In this document: positions 12,241-24,028 of the stretch, piece by piece | Layout: the number at the start of each line of letters is the position of its first letter | Numbering within the stretch: position 1 is the first letter of the stretch | Origin: Escherichia coli | Lineage (GTDB): Bacteria > Pseudomonadota > Gammaproteobacteria > Enterobacterales > Enterobacteriaceae | DNA length: 56,700 bases | Assembly: GCF_003334255.1 (NCBI RefSeq) | Contig: NZ_QOWU01000034.1 | Direction: 5' to 3' (one strand) | Made by a program: the position numbers and the translations under genes | The notes under the pieces: generated by a model | The model's database searches: none | Told to the model about the DNA's origin: nothing | What the model saw: the letters and a program-made list of their open reading frames with translations, nothing else

Positions 12241-12795
12241 TTACGGATTAATCGCGACCTGCGCAATAATACTTTGATCATTGAGTGCGATTACACTAAG
12301 TACGTCATTATCCAGCATGCCATAACTCGCCGGATTACCGCCTTTCGGAATACTCACCGAGCCGGGGTTGAAGTGGAAAATCTCCCCCCGCTGTTCTGCC
12401 ACTGGCAGATGGGTATGACCGTACACCAGCACATCGTTCTGGTTTAAAGCAGGCAGATTTTCCGGGCCAAAAAGATGACCATGCGTCAAAAACAGACGTT
12501 GTTTTTCCAGTAATACCTGTTGCCACGGCGCGGTTATCGGGAAATGCAGCAGCATTTGATCCACTTCGCTGTCGCAGTTGCCGCGCACAGCGATAACCTT
12601 ATGTGCCACTTCATTAAGCCGTTCAGCGACTTTGGCTGGCGCGTAACCCTCCGGTAAAGCATTACGCGGGCCGTGATTCAACACGTCGCCAAGGATCACC
12701 AGCCACTGGGCACCGCTTTGGGCAAACAACTCCAGAACACGTTCCGTCGCCGGTAACGACCCATGAATGTCCGATGCAAACATCAGTTTCATCAC
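12241..12795 (-). CDS. yfcE: Metallophosphoesterase (phosphodiesterase) YfcE
   Basis: 184-aa ORF with calcineurin-like motifs DIHG, GDVLNHG, GNCD, GHTH. Confidence 0.9.
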   Translation of the reverse strand: MMKLMFASDIHGSLPATERVLELFAQSGAQWLVILGDVLNHGPRNALPEGYAPAKVAERLNEVAHKVIAVRGNCDSEVDQMLLHFPITAPWQQVLLEKQRLFLTHGHLFGPENLPALNQNDVLVYGHTHLPVAEQRGEIFHFNPGSVSIPKGGNPASYGMLDNDVLSVIALNDQSIIAQVAINP

Positions 12796-12798
12796 TCA

Positions 12799-14275
<1,477 letters not shown>

Positions 14276-14331
14276 CAGAAACAGGTTCTCGTGTATTATT
14301 TCATCCTAAGTAAAACAACGGAGAACCTGCA

Positions 14332-14694
14332 ATGGCACAACCTGCCGCTATTATTCGTATAAAGAACCTTCGTTTGCGTACGTTTATCGGAATTAAGGAA
14401 GAAGAAATTAACAACCGTCAGGATATTGTTATCAATGTGACGATCCACTACCCCGCCGATAAAGCGCGCACTAGCGAAGATATCAACGATGCGCTGAATT
14501 ATCGCACCGTAACGAAAAACATTATTCAGCATGTAGAGAATAACCGTTTCTCTTTGCTGGAAAAATTAACTCAGGATGTGCTCGATATCGCACGTGAACA
14601 TCACTGGGTGACGTATGCTGAAGTGGAGATCGATAAACTGCACGCGCTGCGCTACGCCGATTCGGTATCCATGACCTTAAGCTGGCAGCGTTAA
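14332..14694 (+). CDS. folX: Dihydroneopterin triphosphate 2'-epimerase
   Basis: 120-aa ORF of the FolB/FolX family; recognised as FolX. Confidence 0.9.
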
Positions 14695-14714
14695 TCGCCA
14701 TATCGGGAGGCTGC

Positions 14715-15608
14715 ATGAACATAGTGATCACCGGAGGGACAGGATTAATTGGTCGCCATTTGATTCCGCGTTTGCTGGAGCTGGGCCATCAAATTACGGT
14801 AGTGACGCGTAACCCGCAGAAAGCCAGTTCCGTTCTCGGCCCTCGGGTGACACTATGGCAAGGGCTTGCCGATCAAAGCAACCTCAACGGCGTTGATGCG
14901 GTAATCAACCTGGCCGGAGAACCGATTGCTGATAAACGCTGGACTCACGAGCAAAAAGAGCGTCTCTGCCAAAGCCGCTGGAATATCACGCAAAAACTGG
15001 TCGATTTGATTAATGCCAGCGACACGCCACCGTCGGTACTCATTTCCGGCTCGGCAACGGGCTATTATGGTGACTTAGGTGAAGTGGTGGTTACCGAAGA
15101 GGAACCGCCGCATAACGAATTTACCCATAAACTCTGCGCTCGCTGGGAAGAAATTGCCTGCCGGGCGCAAAGTGACAAAACGCGAGTGTGCCTGCTGCGT
15201 ACCGGTGTAGTGCTGGCACCGGATGGCGGTATTCTCGGTAAAATGCTGCCGCCGTTTCGTCTTGGCCTGGGCGGGCCGATTGGCTCTGGTCGGCAGTATC
15301 TGGCCTGGATTCATATTGATGATATGGTCAACGGTATTCTCTGGCTGCTGGATAACGAGCTGCGCGGGCCATTTAATATGGTTTCGCCCTACCCGGTACG
15401 CAATGAACAATTTGCCCATGCGCTCGGTCATGCGCTGCATCGCCCGGCCATTTTGCGCGTCCCCGCGACCGCCATTCGACTGTTAATGGGCGAATCTTCA
15501 GTACGGGTATTAGGTGGACAACGCGCGCTGCCTAAACGGCTGGAAGAAGCGGGTTTTGCGTTTCGCTGGTACGATTTAGAAGAGGCGCTGGCGGATGTCG
15601 TTCGCTGA
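14715..15608 (+). CDS. yfcH: NAD-dependent epimerase/dehydratase family protein YfcH
   Basis: 297-aa ORF with N-terminal Rossmann motif ITGGTGLIG; 20 nt downstream of folX. Confidence 0.88.
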   Translation: MNIVITGGTGLIGRHLIPRLLELGHQITVVTRNPQKASSVLGPRVTLWQGLADQSNLNGVDAVINLAGEPIADKRWTHEQKERLCQSRWNITQKLVDLINASDTPPSVLISGSATGYYGDLGEVVVTEEEPPHNEFTHKLCARWEEIACRAQSDKTRVCLLRTGVVLAPDGGILGKMLPPFRLGLGGPIGSGRQYLAWIHIDDMVNGILWLLDNELRGPFNMVSPYPVRNEQFAHALGHALHRPAILRVPATAIRLLMGESSVRVLGGQRALPKRLEEAGFAFRWYDLEEALADVVR

Positions 15609-15655
15609 TGTGGTTTACAGCAAACATCCGCCAGTTAACTCCCGGTGTTACAGGA

Positions 15656-16546
15656 TTAGTGGCTTTGCGCGATAAGATCGTCTGGTGAAAGTCGGGTCAC
15701 CATCATAACTAACTCTCTGTCTAAACCTCTATCCAGCATCTCCTGAGCAATACGCAGGGCTTCTTCGTGTTTGCCCTGCATTGCGCCTTCTTCACGTAAT
15801 CTGTCAGCAATGGTCATCAGTTTCTCCTTTTCTTGTGGTGCGCGTTCCGCTATCTCACCAATAAATGCACGAAAACGCTGGGCATCCCCTGTTTGTAATA
15901 CGTAATTAAACAGGGCTTTTAGCTGTCTGTCATTAGTGTTCCCTGTAACTAGCAGCGAAACAATTTGGTCGACTAATCCCAACAGATCGCGCTGACGAAT
16001 ATGTTTCTGAATTAACTCCAACAGCGCCATTTTGCGGTGTTGCATAATCTCGTCATCCGGCACCACGGTAATATCCACCAACGGAAAAGCCGATGAATAT
16101 ATTTTGCGGGCTATAGCAGGCTCGGCAAATTCATCAAGCCAGCAGAGTGAATAAGGATAAGGACTTCTGCAACCATGATAAAACAGCATCGGGAGCACCA
16201 ATGGAAGCTCTTTATAGCCCGCATCAAGATGGTTTTGCATTGCCGCAATGGAATAACGCATCATGCGAAAAGCCATTAATTCTTCCGGCTTACTTTGGTG
16301 CTCTATCACTACATAAATATAACCCACTCCCTCCTGCGTTTTCACAGACCACAAGAGGTCGGAATAATATTGCCGCAGGTCTTCATCAATAAAACTGTTT
16401 GGTTCCAGTTTAAGCGTCGTTAAATCACACAGTTTGCGCAGCGGCGCGGGAAGATGAATATCAATAAAATCCCGCGCGGTGTCTGGATGGCGTAAAAAAG
16501 ATTTAAATACCGCATCATGCGGCGTGGAAGTTGTCGATATTGTCAT
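15656..16546 (-). CDS. rpnB: Recombination-promoting nuclease RpnB (PD-(D/E)XK transposase-like, Rpn/YhgA family)
   Basis: 296-aa ORF recognised as YfcI/RpnB; stand-alone gene flanked by its own intergenic regions. Confidence 0.85.
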
Positions 16547-16704
16547 GGCGTTCCGTCACCCCTCAAATTTAAGATGACGCGACAATAACCACGATTAACA
16601 CCCAATGCAGCAGGCAGTTTTTATCTTTGGACAGCGAATTCAGAAGTATTTTTAGCGGACTGTAACTTTTACATTTCAGCGGAAGCTGACTCGCAAATTC
16701 CCCA

Positions 16705-16736
16705 TGAAAATACTCCGGCAGCGTTAGCCACCGGAG
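16705..16736 (-). terminator. Rho-independent terminator of the hisJQMP operon
   Basis: On the minus strand ctccggtggctaacgctgccggag is followed by tatttt, directly after the hisP stop. Confidence 0.75.
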
Positions 16737-16742
16737 AGGAAA

Positions 16743-17516
16743 TTATTTCAGCGATCCCTTAAGGAACCGTTGCAGACGAGGGCTTTGCGGGTTGCCAAAT
16801 AACTGCTCCGGCGCGCCCTCTTCTTCTATTTTCCCCTGATGGAGGAAAATGACATGAGTAGAAACATGGCGAGCAAAGCCCATTTCGTGAGTCACTACCA
16901 CCATGGTTTTCCCCTCTTCTGCCAGTTGCTGCATAATACGCAACACTTCGCCTACCAGTTCAGGATCGAGCGCCGAGGTAGGTTCATCAAACAGTAAAAC
17001 TTCCGGTTCCATCGCCAGCGCCCGCGCGATAGAAACACGCTGTTGCTGACCGCCGGAAAGATGCACCGGATATTTCCCCTGCGCACGTTCGTCTATCCCG
17101 ACTTTTGCCAGATACTTCACCGCCCGCTCGCGCGCTTCCTGCTTGCTCAGGCCCAACACCTGAATCGGCGCTTCCATGACGTTTTCCAGCACCGTCATAT
17201 GGCTCCAGAGATTGAAGTGCTGGAATACCATCGTCAGGCGTGTGCGCAGTAAGCGCAGTTGATTTTTATCGGCGACTTTGAGTTGACCGTCTTTGTCGCG
17301 CACCAGATTGATCGTCTGGCCATTGACCACGATCGACCCTTCACTCGGTTTTTCGAGGAAGTTAATGCAGCGCAGAAAGGTACTTTTCCCCGATCCCGAC
17401 GATCCGATGATGCTTATTACATCTCCGGCATTCGCTTGCAGTGATACCCCTTTCAGCACTTCATGTTCGCCGTAGCGTTTGTGCAAATCGATAACGTTTA
17501 ATTTATTCTCGGACAT
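16743..17516 (-). CDS. hisP: Histidine/basic amino acid ABC transporter ATP-binding protein
   Basis: 257-aa ORF with Walker [13 protein letters not shown] signature LSGGQQQR and Walker [12 protein letters not shown]. Confidence 0.95.
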
Positions 17517-17523
17517 CGTATTC

Positions 17524-18240
17524 TCAGTGCGTTGAAGAAGGTTTCACATGCTGCAACCAGCGTTTTTCCGCTCTGCGAAAGAGGCTGATCAGGACATAAG
17601 AGATGATTAAATAGAGCACCGCGGCAATGCCGAAGGCGGTAAAAGGTTGATACGTGGCGGCGTTAATATCGCGGGCTATTTTCAGCAGATCCGGCACCGT
17701 GGCAGTAAATGCCAACGCAGTAGAGTGCAGCATCAGGATCACTTCGTTGCTGTATGCCGGTAACGCAATACGCAGCGCAGAAGGCAAAATAATGCAGCGA
17801 TACATTTTAAAAGTCGAGAAGCCATAGGCTCTGGCGGCTTCAATTTCCCCATGCGGAACCGAACGGATTGCCCCAGCAAAAATCTCGGTAGTGTAAGCGC
17901 AGGTGTTAAGCGTCAGCGCCAGCACGGTACAGTTCAGGCCACTGCGGAAGAAAGCGTTAAGGAATTCGGTTCCCTTAACAATCTCAAGCGTGTACATGCC
18001 GGAATAGAACACCAGCAACTGAACATACAGCGGCGTACCGCGAAAAATATAGGTAAATAACCAGATTGGAAACTGGATGTATTTATTACTGGAGACACGA
18101 CCAATCGCCAGAAACAGCGCCAGGACTCCGCCTATCACTACCGACAAAATAAGCAGCCACAGAGTGATCGCCACACCAGTAAAGCGATAACCGTCGGTCC
18201 ACAGCAGCGGTTTCCAGTATTCATGTAAGATTTCGATCAC
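17524..18240 (-). CDS. hisM: Histidine ABC transporter permease
   Basis: 238-aa polar amino acid ABC permease; overlaps hisQ stop by 4 nt. Confidence 0.93.
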   Translation of the reverse strand: MIEILHEYWKPLLWTDGYRFTGVAITLWLLILSVVIGGVLALFLAIGRVSSNKYIQFPIWLFTYIFRGTPLYVQLLVFYSGMYTLEIVKGTEFLNAFFRSGLNCTVLALTLNTCAYTTEIFAGAIRSVPHGEIEAARAYGFSTFKMYRCIILPSALRIALPAYSNEVILMLHSTALAFTATVPDLLKIARDINAATYQPFTAFGIAAVLYLIISYVLISLFRRAEKRWLQHVKPSSTH

Positions 18241-18923
18241 AGGTCAGCCCTCTTCACACCCACGGAGTAGCGGCGCTCAAGGAACAGCAGCACACCATTG
18301 GAAACAGTGGTGAAAACCAGGTAAATCACGCCACAGACGATGGCGAAATAGAACGGTTCCCAGGTACTTTTGCCTGCCAGTTGGGTGGCTTTGACCACAT
18401 CTTCCAGGCCGAGTAACGAAACCAGTGCGGTAGATTTGAGGATCACCTGCCAGTTGTTGCCAATGCCTGGCAGGGCGTAACGCATCATCGACGGAAACAT
18501 GATCCGCCGAAACACTTGCCCACGAGTAAAACCGAACGCCGTCGCCGCCTCTATATGTCCTTTCGGCACTGCCATAAAAGCACCACGGAACGTTTCGGTA
18601 AAATAAGCACCGTAGATAAAACCGAGAGTGATAATACCAGCGACCATCGGATCGATATCAATCTGCCCGACGCCCATCGCCTCCGTCACCGTGTTTAGCG
18701 CAATCTGCAAACCGTAGAAAATCAGCAGCATCAACACTAAGTCCGGCACGCCACGAATCAGCGTGGTGTACCCTTCGAAAATCAGCCCCGAAAGCCGATT
18801 TTGCGAGAGCTTACCGCCAGCGCCAATTAAACCGATGATTACAGCGAGCACTACAGAGCTGATAGCCAGCTCCAGCGTGACGAGCGCACCCTGTAAAATA
18901 ACACCTGAAAACCCATACAACAT
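18237..18923 (-). CDS. hisQ: Histidine ABC transporter permease
   Basis: 228-aa ABC permease; part of hisJQMP. Confidence 0.93.
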   Translation of the reverse strand: MLYGFSGVILQGALVTLELAISSVVLAVIIGLIGAGGKLSQNRLSGLIFEGYTTLIRGVPDLVLMLLIFYGLQIALNTVTEAMGVGQIDIDPMVAGIITLGFIYGAYFTETFRGAFMAVPKGHIEAATAFGFTRGQVFRRIMFPSMMRYALPGIGNNWQVILKSTALVSLLGLEDVVKATQLAGKSTWEPFYFAIVCGVIYLVFTTVSNGVLLFLERRYSVGVKRADL

Positions 18924-18964
18924 GCTGCCTGTCCTGTCGTGTGTGGTGAATTACCGCCTCTTGT

Positions 18965-18988
18965 CTCCCTCCGGTTACCCGAAGGGAG
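18965..18988 (-). promoter_or_regulatory. Intercistronic hisJ-hisQ stem-loop (REP-like mRNA-stabilising hairpin)
   Basis: ctccctccgg-ttac-ccgaagggag near-perfect inverted repeat between the hisJ stop and hisQ start; the homologous Salmonella interval is the classic intercistronic palindrome. Confidence 0.6.
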
Positions 18989-19012
18989 CGGGCTTTCTTT
19001 CACCGATGGCGA

Positions 19013-19795
19013 TTAGCCACCATAAACATCAAAATCGAAGTACTTTTTCGCTAATTTCTCGTAAGTACCGTCAGCGCGCATTTCGGCAAAGGCTTTGTTC
19101 AGTGCTTCGCGCAGTTCGTTATCTTCTTTACGCAGGCCCATGCCGGTCCCTACGCCAAACAGTTTTTCATCTTTAACAGACGGGCCACCGAATTTGTAAT
19201 CTTTACCGACAGGTTGTTTGAGGAAACCTTCGCTGGCAGCGACCTCATCCTGGAACGCGGCATCAATACGTCCGGCAGTCAGGTCAGAATAAATGTTGTC
19301 CTGCCCCTGATACGAGACGATTTCAATGCCTTTTGGTGCCCAATGTTCATTACCGAACGTCTCCTGGGTGGTGCCCTGCAATACGCCTACCCGTTTGCCT
19401 TTCAGCGACTCGACTGTCGGCTGAATGTCAGAATTTTTCGCCACCACCAAACGAGAATCGGCAGCGTACAGTTTGTCGGTGAAGGCTATTTCTTGCTGAC
19501 GTTTTTCCGTAATGGAAAGCGATGACATGATGGCGTCAATCTTCTTCGCTTTTAAGGACGGGATTAACGCATCCAGCGGATTTTCGACAAACGTACATTG
19601 CGTATTGATGCGTTTGCATAATTCCTTTGCCAGATCGATATCGAAGCCAACCAGTTCGCCTTGTGAATTTTTTGATTCAAATGGCGCATAGGTCGGGTCG
19701 GTACCGATGCGGATGTTTTGCGGAATCGCAGCAAACGCCGCAGTTGCGCTGGAGAAGGCCAGAACCAGAGAGAGCGATAGCACCAGTTTTTTCAT
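19013..19795 (-). CDS. hisJ: Histidine-binding periplasmic protein
   Basis: 260-aa ORF with signal peptide and periplasmic binding-protein fold; paralogous to argT immediately upstream. Confidence 0.95.
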   Translation of the reverse strand: MKKLVLSLSLVLAFSSATAAFAAIPQNIRIGTDPTYAPFESKNSQGELVGFDIDLAKELCKRINTQCTFVENPLDALIPSLKAKKIDAIMSSLSITEKRQQEIAFTDKLYAADSRLVVAKNSDIQPTVESLKGKRVGVLQGTTQETFGNEHWAPKGIEIVSYQGQDNIYSDLTAGRIDAAFQDEVAASEGFLKQPVGKDYKFGGPSVKDEKLFGVGTGMGLRKEDNELREALNKAFAEMRADGTYEKLAKKYFDFDVYGG

Positions 19796-20015
19796 AATGT
19801 CCTCAACTGACAGTCTTTTTATAGGGAATATTTACAGGTTTGTTACACTTATCGTGCCATAAAATTGACCATCAAGGCAAAATATCCCGCCCCGTTAGAC
19901 GTATTATTTTTCATTAAAAATGCTTAAGTATGCATTTCAATGCACCACGATAGTGCAACAAACCTGGCGTGCACCATGATGATCATTCCATCAGGTACAG
20001 CTTCCCAGCGACGTA

Positions 20016-20798
20016 TCAGTCACCGTAGACATTAAAGTCGAAATACTTTTTCGCCATCTTGTCGTAGGTGCCGTCCTGACGCAGCTCGCCAAGCGCCTTA
20101 TTGAAGGCAGCCGTCAGTTCAGCATCATCTTTACGTAGCCCTACACCGGTGCCATCACCGAAGTATTTTTTGTCTTTTACTGATGAGCCAGCAAAGGCGA
20201 AATCTTTACCAGCAGGTTGCTTGAGGAATCCTTCGCTGGCAGCAACTTCATCTTGTAACGCAGCATCCAGACGTCCTGCAGCCAGATCGGAATAGACCAA
20301 ATCCTGGTTGGCATAGGCCACCACATCCACGCCTTTACTACGCCAGGTCTCGTTAGCGTAAGCTTCCTGGGTTGATCCCTGCAGCACACCAACATGTTTA
20401 CCTTTCAGTGAATCCAGCGTTGGCTGAATCGGTGAACCTTTGGCCGCAATCAAACGAGAATCTGCGGCGTACAGCTTGTCGGAGAAGGCAATCTCCTGCT
20501 GACGTTTATCGGTAATGGAAAGCGACGAAATAATAGCGTCGATTTTTTTCGCTTTCAGTGAGGGGATCAGCGCGTCAAAGTCACTGGCAACCCAGGTACA
20601 TTTCACCTGCATCCGTTTGCACATCTCGTTACCGAGATCGATATCAAAGCCAACAAAATCACCTTTAGCATCTTTCGATGAGAACGGTGCGTAGGTGGTA
20701 TCGGTTCCGATACGTACCGTCTCCGGTAGCGCCGCATAGCTGGAAGCCGCTGTGGAGAGACCGACTAACAAAGACAGAGCGAGAATCGACTTCTTCAT
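20016..20798 (-). CDS. argT: Lysine/arginine/ornithine-binding periplasmic protein
   Basis: 260-aa ORF, signal peptide, closely similar to HisJ; recognised as ArgT. Confidence 0.95.
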   Translation of the reverse strand: MKKSILALSLLVGLSTAASSYAALPETVRIGTDTTYAPFSSKDAKGDFVGFDIDLGNEMCKRMQVKCTWVASDFDALIPSLKAKKIDAIISSLSITDKRQQEIAFSDKLYAADSRLIAAKGSPIQPTLDSLKGKHVGVLQGSTQEAYANETWRSKGVDVVAYANQDLVYSDLAAGRLDAALQDEVAASEGFLKQPAGKDFAFAGSSVKDKKYFGDGTGVGLRKDDAELTAAFNKALGELRQDGTYDKMAKKYFDFNVYGD

Positions 20799-20866
20799 AC
20801 ATAACCCTCAAGTGAAAATGGCTTTTTTATGTTGTGTATTGTGTTGTGTGTTTGCAGGCTCTTTCA

Positions 20867-20882
20867 TGCAGGTCTTATGCCA
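20867..20882 (-). promoter_or_regulatory. Sigma54 (-24/-12) promoter for argT
   Basis: Minus-strand TGGCATAAGACCTGCA: GG and GC separated by exactly 10 nt, matching TGGCAC-N5-TTGCA; about 70 nt upstream of the argT ATG. Confidence 0.7.
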
Positions 20883-21029
20883 TCTTGACGACAACAGTAA
20901 CATTCAACGTTAAATATGTTAATAAGACGTTGCATTATTGTCCTGAAGTTGAAGATAGCAGGTATAGCGGTTGAATCGCAGCGTTTCGATTGAATGGCAG
21001 AAACAAAATGTCGAGGATTTGATCGCGGT

Positions 21030-21056
21030 TGCAAAATTGCCCTGAAACAGGGCAAC
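21030..21056 (-). terminator. Rho-independent terminator after ubiX
   Basis: Minus-strand ttgccctgtttcagggcaa hairpin followed by ttttgc, directly after the ubiX stop. Confidence 0.8.
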
Positions 21057-21063
21057 AGCGGAG

Positions 21064-21633
21064 TTATGCGCCCTGCCAGCGGGCAAAGAGATCTTCAGGA
21101 AGGGTTATCGCAAACTGGTCAAGAACACGATTAACCGTCTGATTTATCACATCATCAAGGGATTGCGGGCGATGATAAAACGCCGGAACGGGAGGCATAA
21201 TCACCGCACCGATTTCTGCCGCCTGAGTCATTAAACGCAGATGGCCTAAGTGCAATGGTGTTTCACGCACGCAGAGCACCAACGGGCGACGCTCTTTCAG
21301 CACCACATCTGCCGCACGGGTCAGTAAGCCATCAGTATAGCTATGGACAATGCCGGAAAGGGTTTTGATTGAACAGGGTAAAATCACCATCCCCAGCGTC
21401 TGGAAAGAACCGGAAGAGATGCTGGCGGCAATATCGCGCGCATCGTGCGTGACATCGGCTAATGCCTGCACTTCGCGCAGAGAAAAATCCGTTTCGAGGG
21501 ATAAGGTCTGGCGCGCTGCCTGGCTCATCACCAGATGCGTTTCGATATCTGTGACATCGCGCAGAACCTGTAATAAGCGCACGCCATAAATCGCGCCGCT
21601 GGCACCGCTGATGCCTACAATGAGTCGTTTCAT
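21064..21633 (-). CDS. ubiX: Flavin prenyltransferase UbiX
   Basis: 189-aa flavoprotein ORF with N-terminal GISGASG motif. Confidence 0.93.
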   Translation of the reverse strand: MKRLIVGISGASGAIYGVRLLQVLRDVTDIETHLVMSQAARQTLSLETDFSLREVQALADVTHDARDIAASISSGSFQTLGMVILPCSIKTLSGIVHSYTDGLLTRAADVVLKERRPLVLCVRETPLHLGHLRLMTQAAEIGAVIMPPVPAFYHRPQSLDDVINQTVNRVLDQFAITLPEDLFARWQGA

Positions 21634-21727
21634 AAATAGTTGCCCTGTCAGACTTGCAGGCAGACTTTGCAGGATTTCGGCGGGAGTTGCAAGTCAGGGT
21701 GCCAGACCGGCACCCTCAGCGAAGGCA

Positions 21728-23245
21728 TCATCCTTCGTTATGCATTTCGAGATTTTCCACTTCGTTCTGACGTTGCACTGCTTTGGCGTCATCATTACGT
21801 AACGTATCGAGGAAATCGAGGTAGCCCTGATCAACATCTTTGGTGACGTAGACGCCGTTGAACACCGAGCATTCAAACTGCTGGATATCCGGATTTTCAG
21901 CGCGAACGGCGTCGATCAGATCGTTCAGATCCTGGAAAATCAACCCGTCAGCACCGATGATCTGGCGAATTTCATCAACTTCGCGACCGTGAGCGATCAG
22001 TTCCGTGGCGCTCGGCATATCAATACCATAAACGTTCGGGAAGCGAATTTCCGGTGCCGCAGAAGCGAGGTACACTTTCTTCGCTCCGGCTTCGCGTGCC
22101 ATCTCGATAATCTGCTCAGAAGTGGTGCCACGGACGATGGAGTCGTCGACCAGCAGGACGTTTTTATCGCGGAACTCGGCGCGGTTGGCATTCAGTTTAC
22201 GGCGCACGGACTTACGACGCAGCTGCTGGCCCGGCATGATAAAGGTGCGGCCAACATAGCGGTTTTTAACGAAGCCCTGGCGGTACGGTTTGCCCAGAAT
22301 ACGAGCAATTTCCAGCGCGATATCACACGAGGTTTCTGGGATCGGGATCACCACGTCGATATCCAGATCTTCCCATTCGCGGGCAATTTTCTCGCCCAGT
22401 TTCGTGCCCATATTCACACGCGCGCTGTAAACGGAAATTTTGTCGATAAACGAGTCCGGGCGGGCAAAGTATACATACTCAAACAGGCACGGATTGCTGA
22501 CCGGATTGTCAGCACATTGACGGGTAAACAACTGCCCTTCTTCAGTGATGTAAATCGCTTCGCCCGGCGCGACGTCACGCAGGAAATCAAAGCCCAGCGT
22601 ATCGAGCGCTACGCTTTCGGAAGCGACCATATATTCTGTACGGTTCTCGTCAATATCACGTTTTCCCAGTACCAGCGGACGAATCCCGTTTGGATCGCGG
22701 AAAGCAACCATACCGTGGCCGATAATCATCGCCACACAGGCATACGCGCCGCGGATTAAGCGGTTTGTGGCAGCAATGGCAGCGAAAATATTGTCGGCTT
22801 CCAGCGGGTAGTGGCGGAAGTTGTCCAGCTCGCTGGCGAAGATATTAAGCAGAATTTCCGAGTCGGAAGTGGTGTTGATGTGGCGGCGTTTTTCTTCAAA
22901 CAGTTTTTTACGCAACTCGTGAGCGTTGGTCAGATTGCCGTTGTGGGCAAGCGTAATGCCATACGGGGAGTTAACGTAAAACGGCTGCGCTTCAGAGGCG
23001 CTGGAGCTGCCAGCCGTGGGGTAACGCACATGACCAATGCCCATATTGCCCTGCAAACGCTGCATATGGCGAGCTTCAAATACATCGCTCACCAGCCCGT
23101 TCGCTTTACGCAAACGGAAGCAGTTATTGGCATCTATGGTGATGATGCCGGCGGCATCCTGACCGCGATGCTGAAGCACCGTTAAGGCATCATAAATCGA
23201 CTGGTTAACCGGCATAACACCGGCGATACCGACAATACCGCACAT
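21728..23245 (-). CDS. purF: Amidophosphoribosyltransferase
   Basis: 505-aa ORF with N-terminal catalytic Cys (MCGIVGI) and PRPP-binding motif [13 protein letters not shown]. Confidence 0.96.
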
Positions 23246-23281
23246 ACGTCTTTTTCCTCGTTAAGCCACATCTCAGAGCAC

Positions 23282-23770
23282 TTACGCTCTGGGCAAGAAA
23301 CTTGACGAGCTTTGCAGATAATCAAAAAACCATCTGATGATAAAACTGAATTGCGGGATCAGCTGTGATTTGCTCCAGTCTTCGCTTTTCGACACCCCGG
23401 TAAAGGAGTCGAGAAAGAAGAGAATGGCAGCAACAATCAACACACCGCGCAACGCACCGAAACAGACGCCCAGCACCCGATCGGTGCCTGACAACCCCGT
23501 TTTCTCCACCAACTGGCCTATCACGAAGTTCACGATAGCACCAACGATCAGGGTAGCGATAAACAGTACCGCGATGGCAATCCCATTTCGAACCAGTTCG
23601 TCTTCAAAGCCCGTAAACCAGACTGACAGGTAAGTGTAGTAATGACTGGCAACAAAGAAAGCACAACCCCATGTCACCAGCGATAACGCTTCACGAACAA
23701 AGCCGCGGATCAGGCTAACCAGAGAGGAAAAAGCAATCACCGCGATTATGGCGTAATCAATCCAGACCAT
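23282..23770 (-). CDS. cvpA: Colicin V production membrane protein CvpA
   Basis: 162-aa hydrophobic ORF upstream of purF in the same orientation. Confidence 0.92.
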   Translation of the reverse strand: MVWIDYAIIAVIAFSSLVSLIRGFVREALSLVTWGCAFFVASHYYTYLSVWFTGFEDELVRNGIAIAVLFIATLIVGAIVNFVIGQLVEKTGLSGTDRVLGVCFGALRGVLIVAAILFFLDSFTGVSKSEDWSKSQLIPQFSFIIRWFFDYLQSSSSFLPRA

Positions 23771-23826
23771 ATGTGTCCCACGATTTTACGCCCTGTCATC
23801 CTGTTCGGGGCGCATTCTAACAGAAA

Positions 23827-23842
23827 AAGAAAACGTTTGCGT
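23827..23842 (-). promoter_or_regulatory. PurR operator (PUR box) of the cvpA-purF-ubiX operon
   Basis: Minus strand reads ACGCAAACGTTTTCTT, the 16-bp PurR operator as I recall it; about 57 bp upstream of the cvpA start. Confidence 0.8.
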
Positions 23843-23904
23843 AGGGATTTCCTTCCCGCGCATCAATAAAAATGGCGCTGAAAAAATATTCAACGCCATC
23901 GACT

Positions 23905-24020
23905 TTTTATGCCTTTGCGGCATCGGGCAATGCGTGTCGGATGCGGCGTAAACGCCTTATCCGACCTACGGTTCTACCCCTGCGTAGGCCTGATAAGACG
24001 CGCCAGCGTCGCATCAGGCA
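23905..24020. repeat. BIME/REP cluster
   Basis: Tandem inverted REP units (gccggatgcggcgtaaacgccttatccgacctac ... gtaggcctgataagacgcgccagcgtcgcatcaggc) between dedD and cvpA. Confidence 0.8.
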
Positions 24021-24028
24021 AGACCGTA

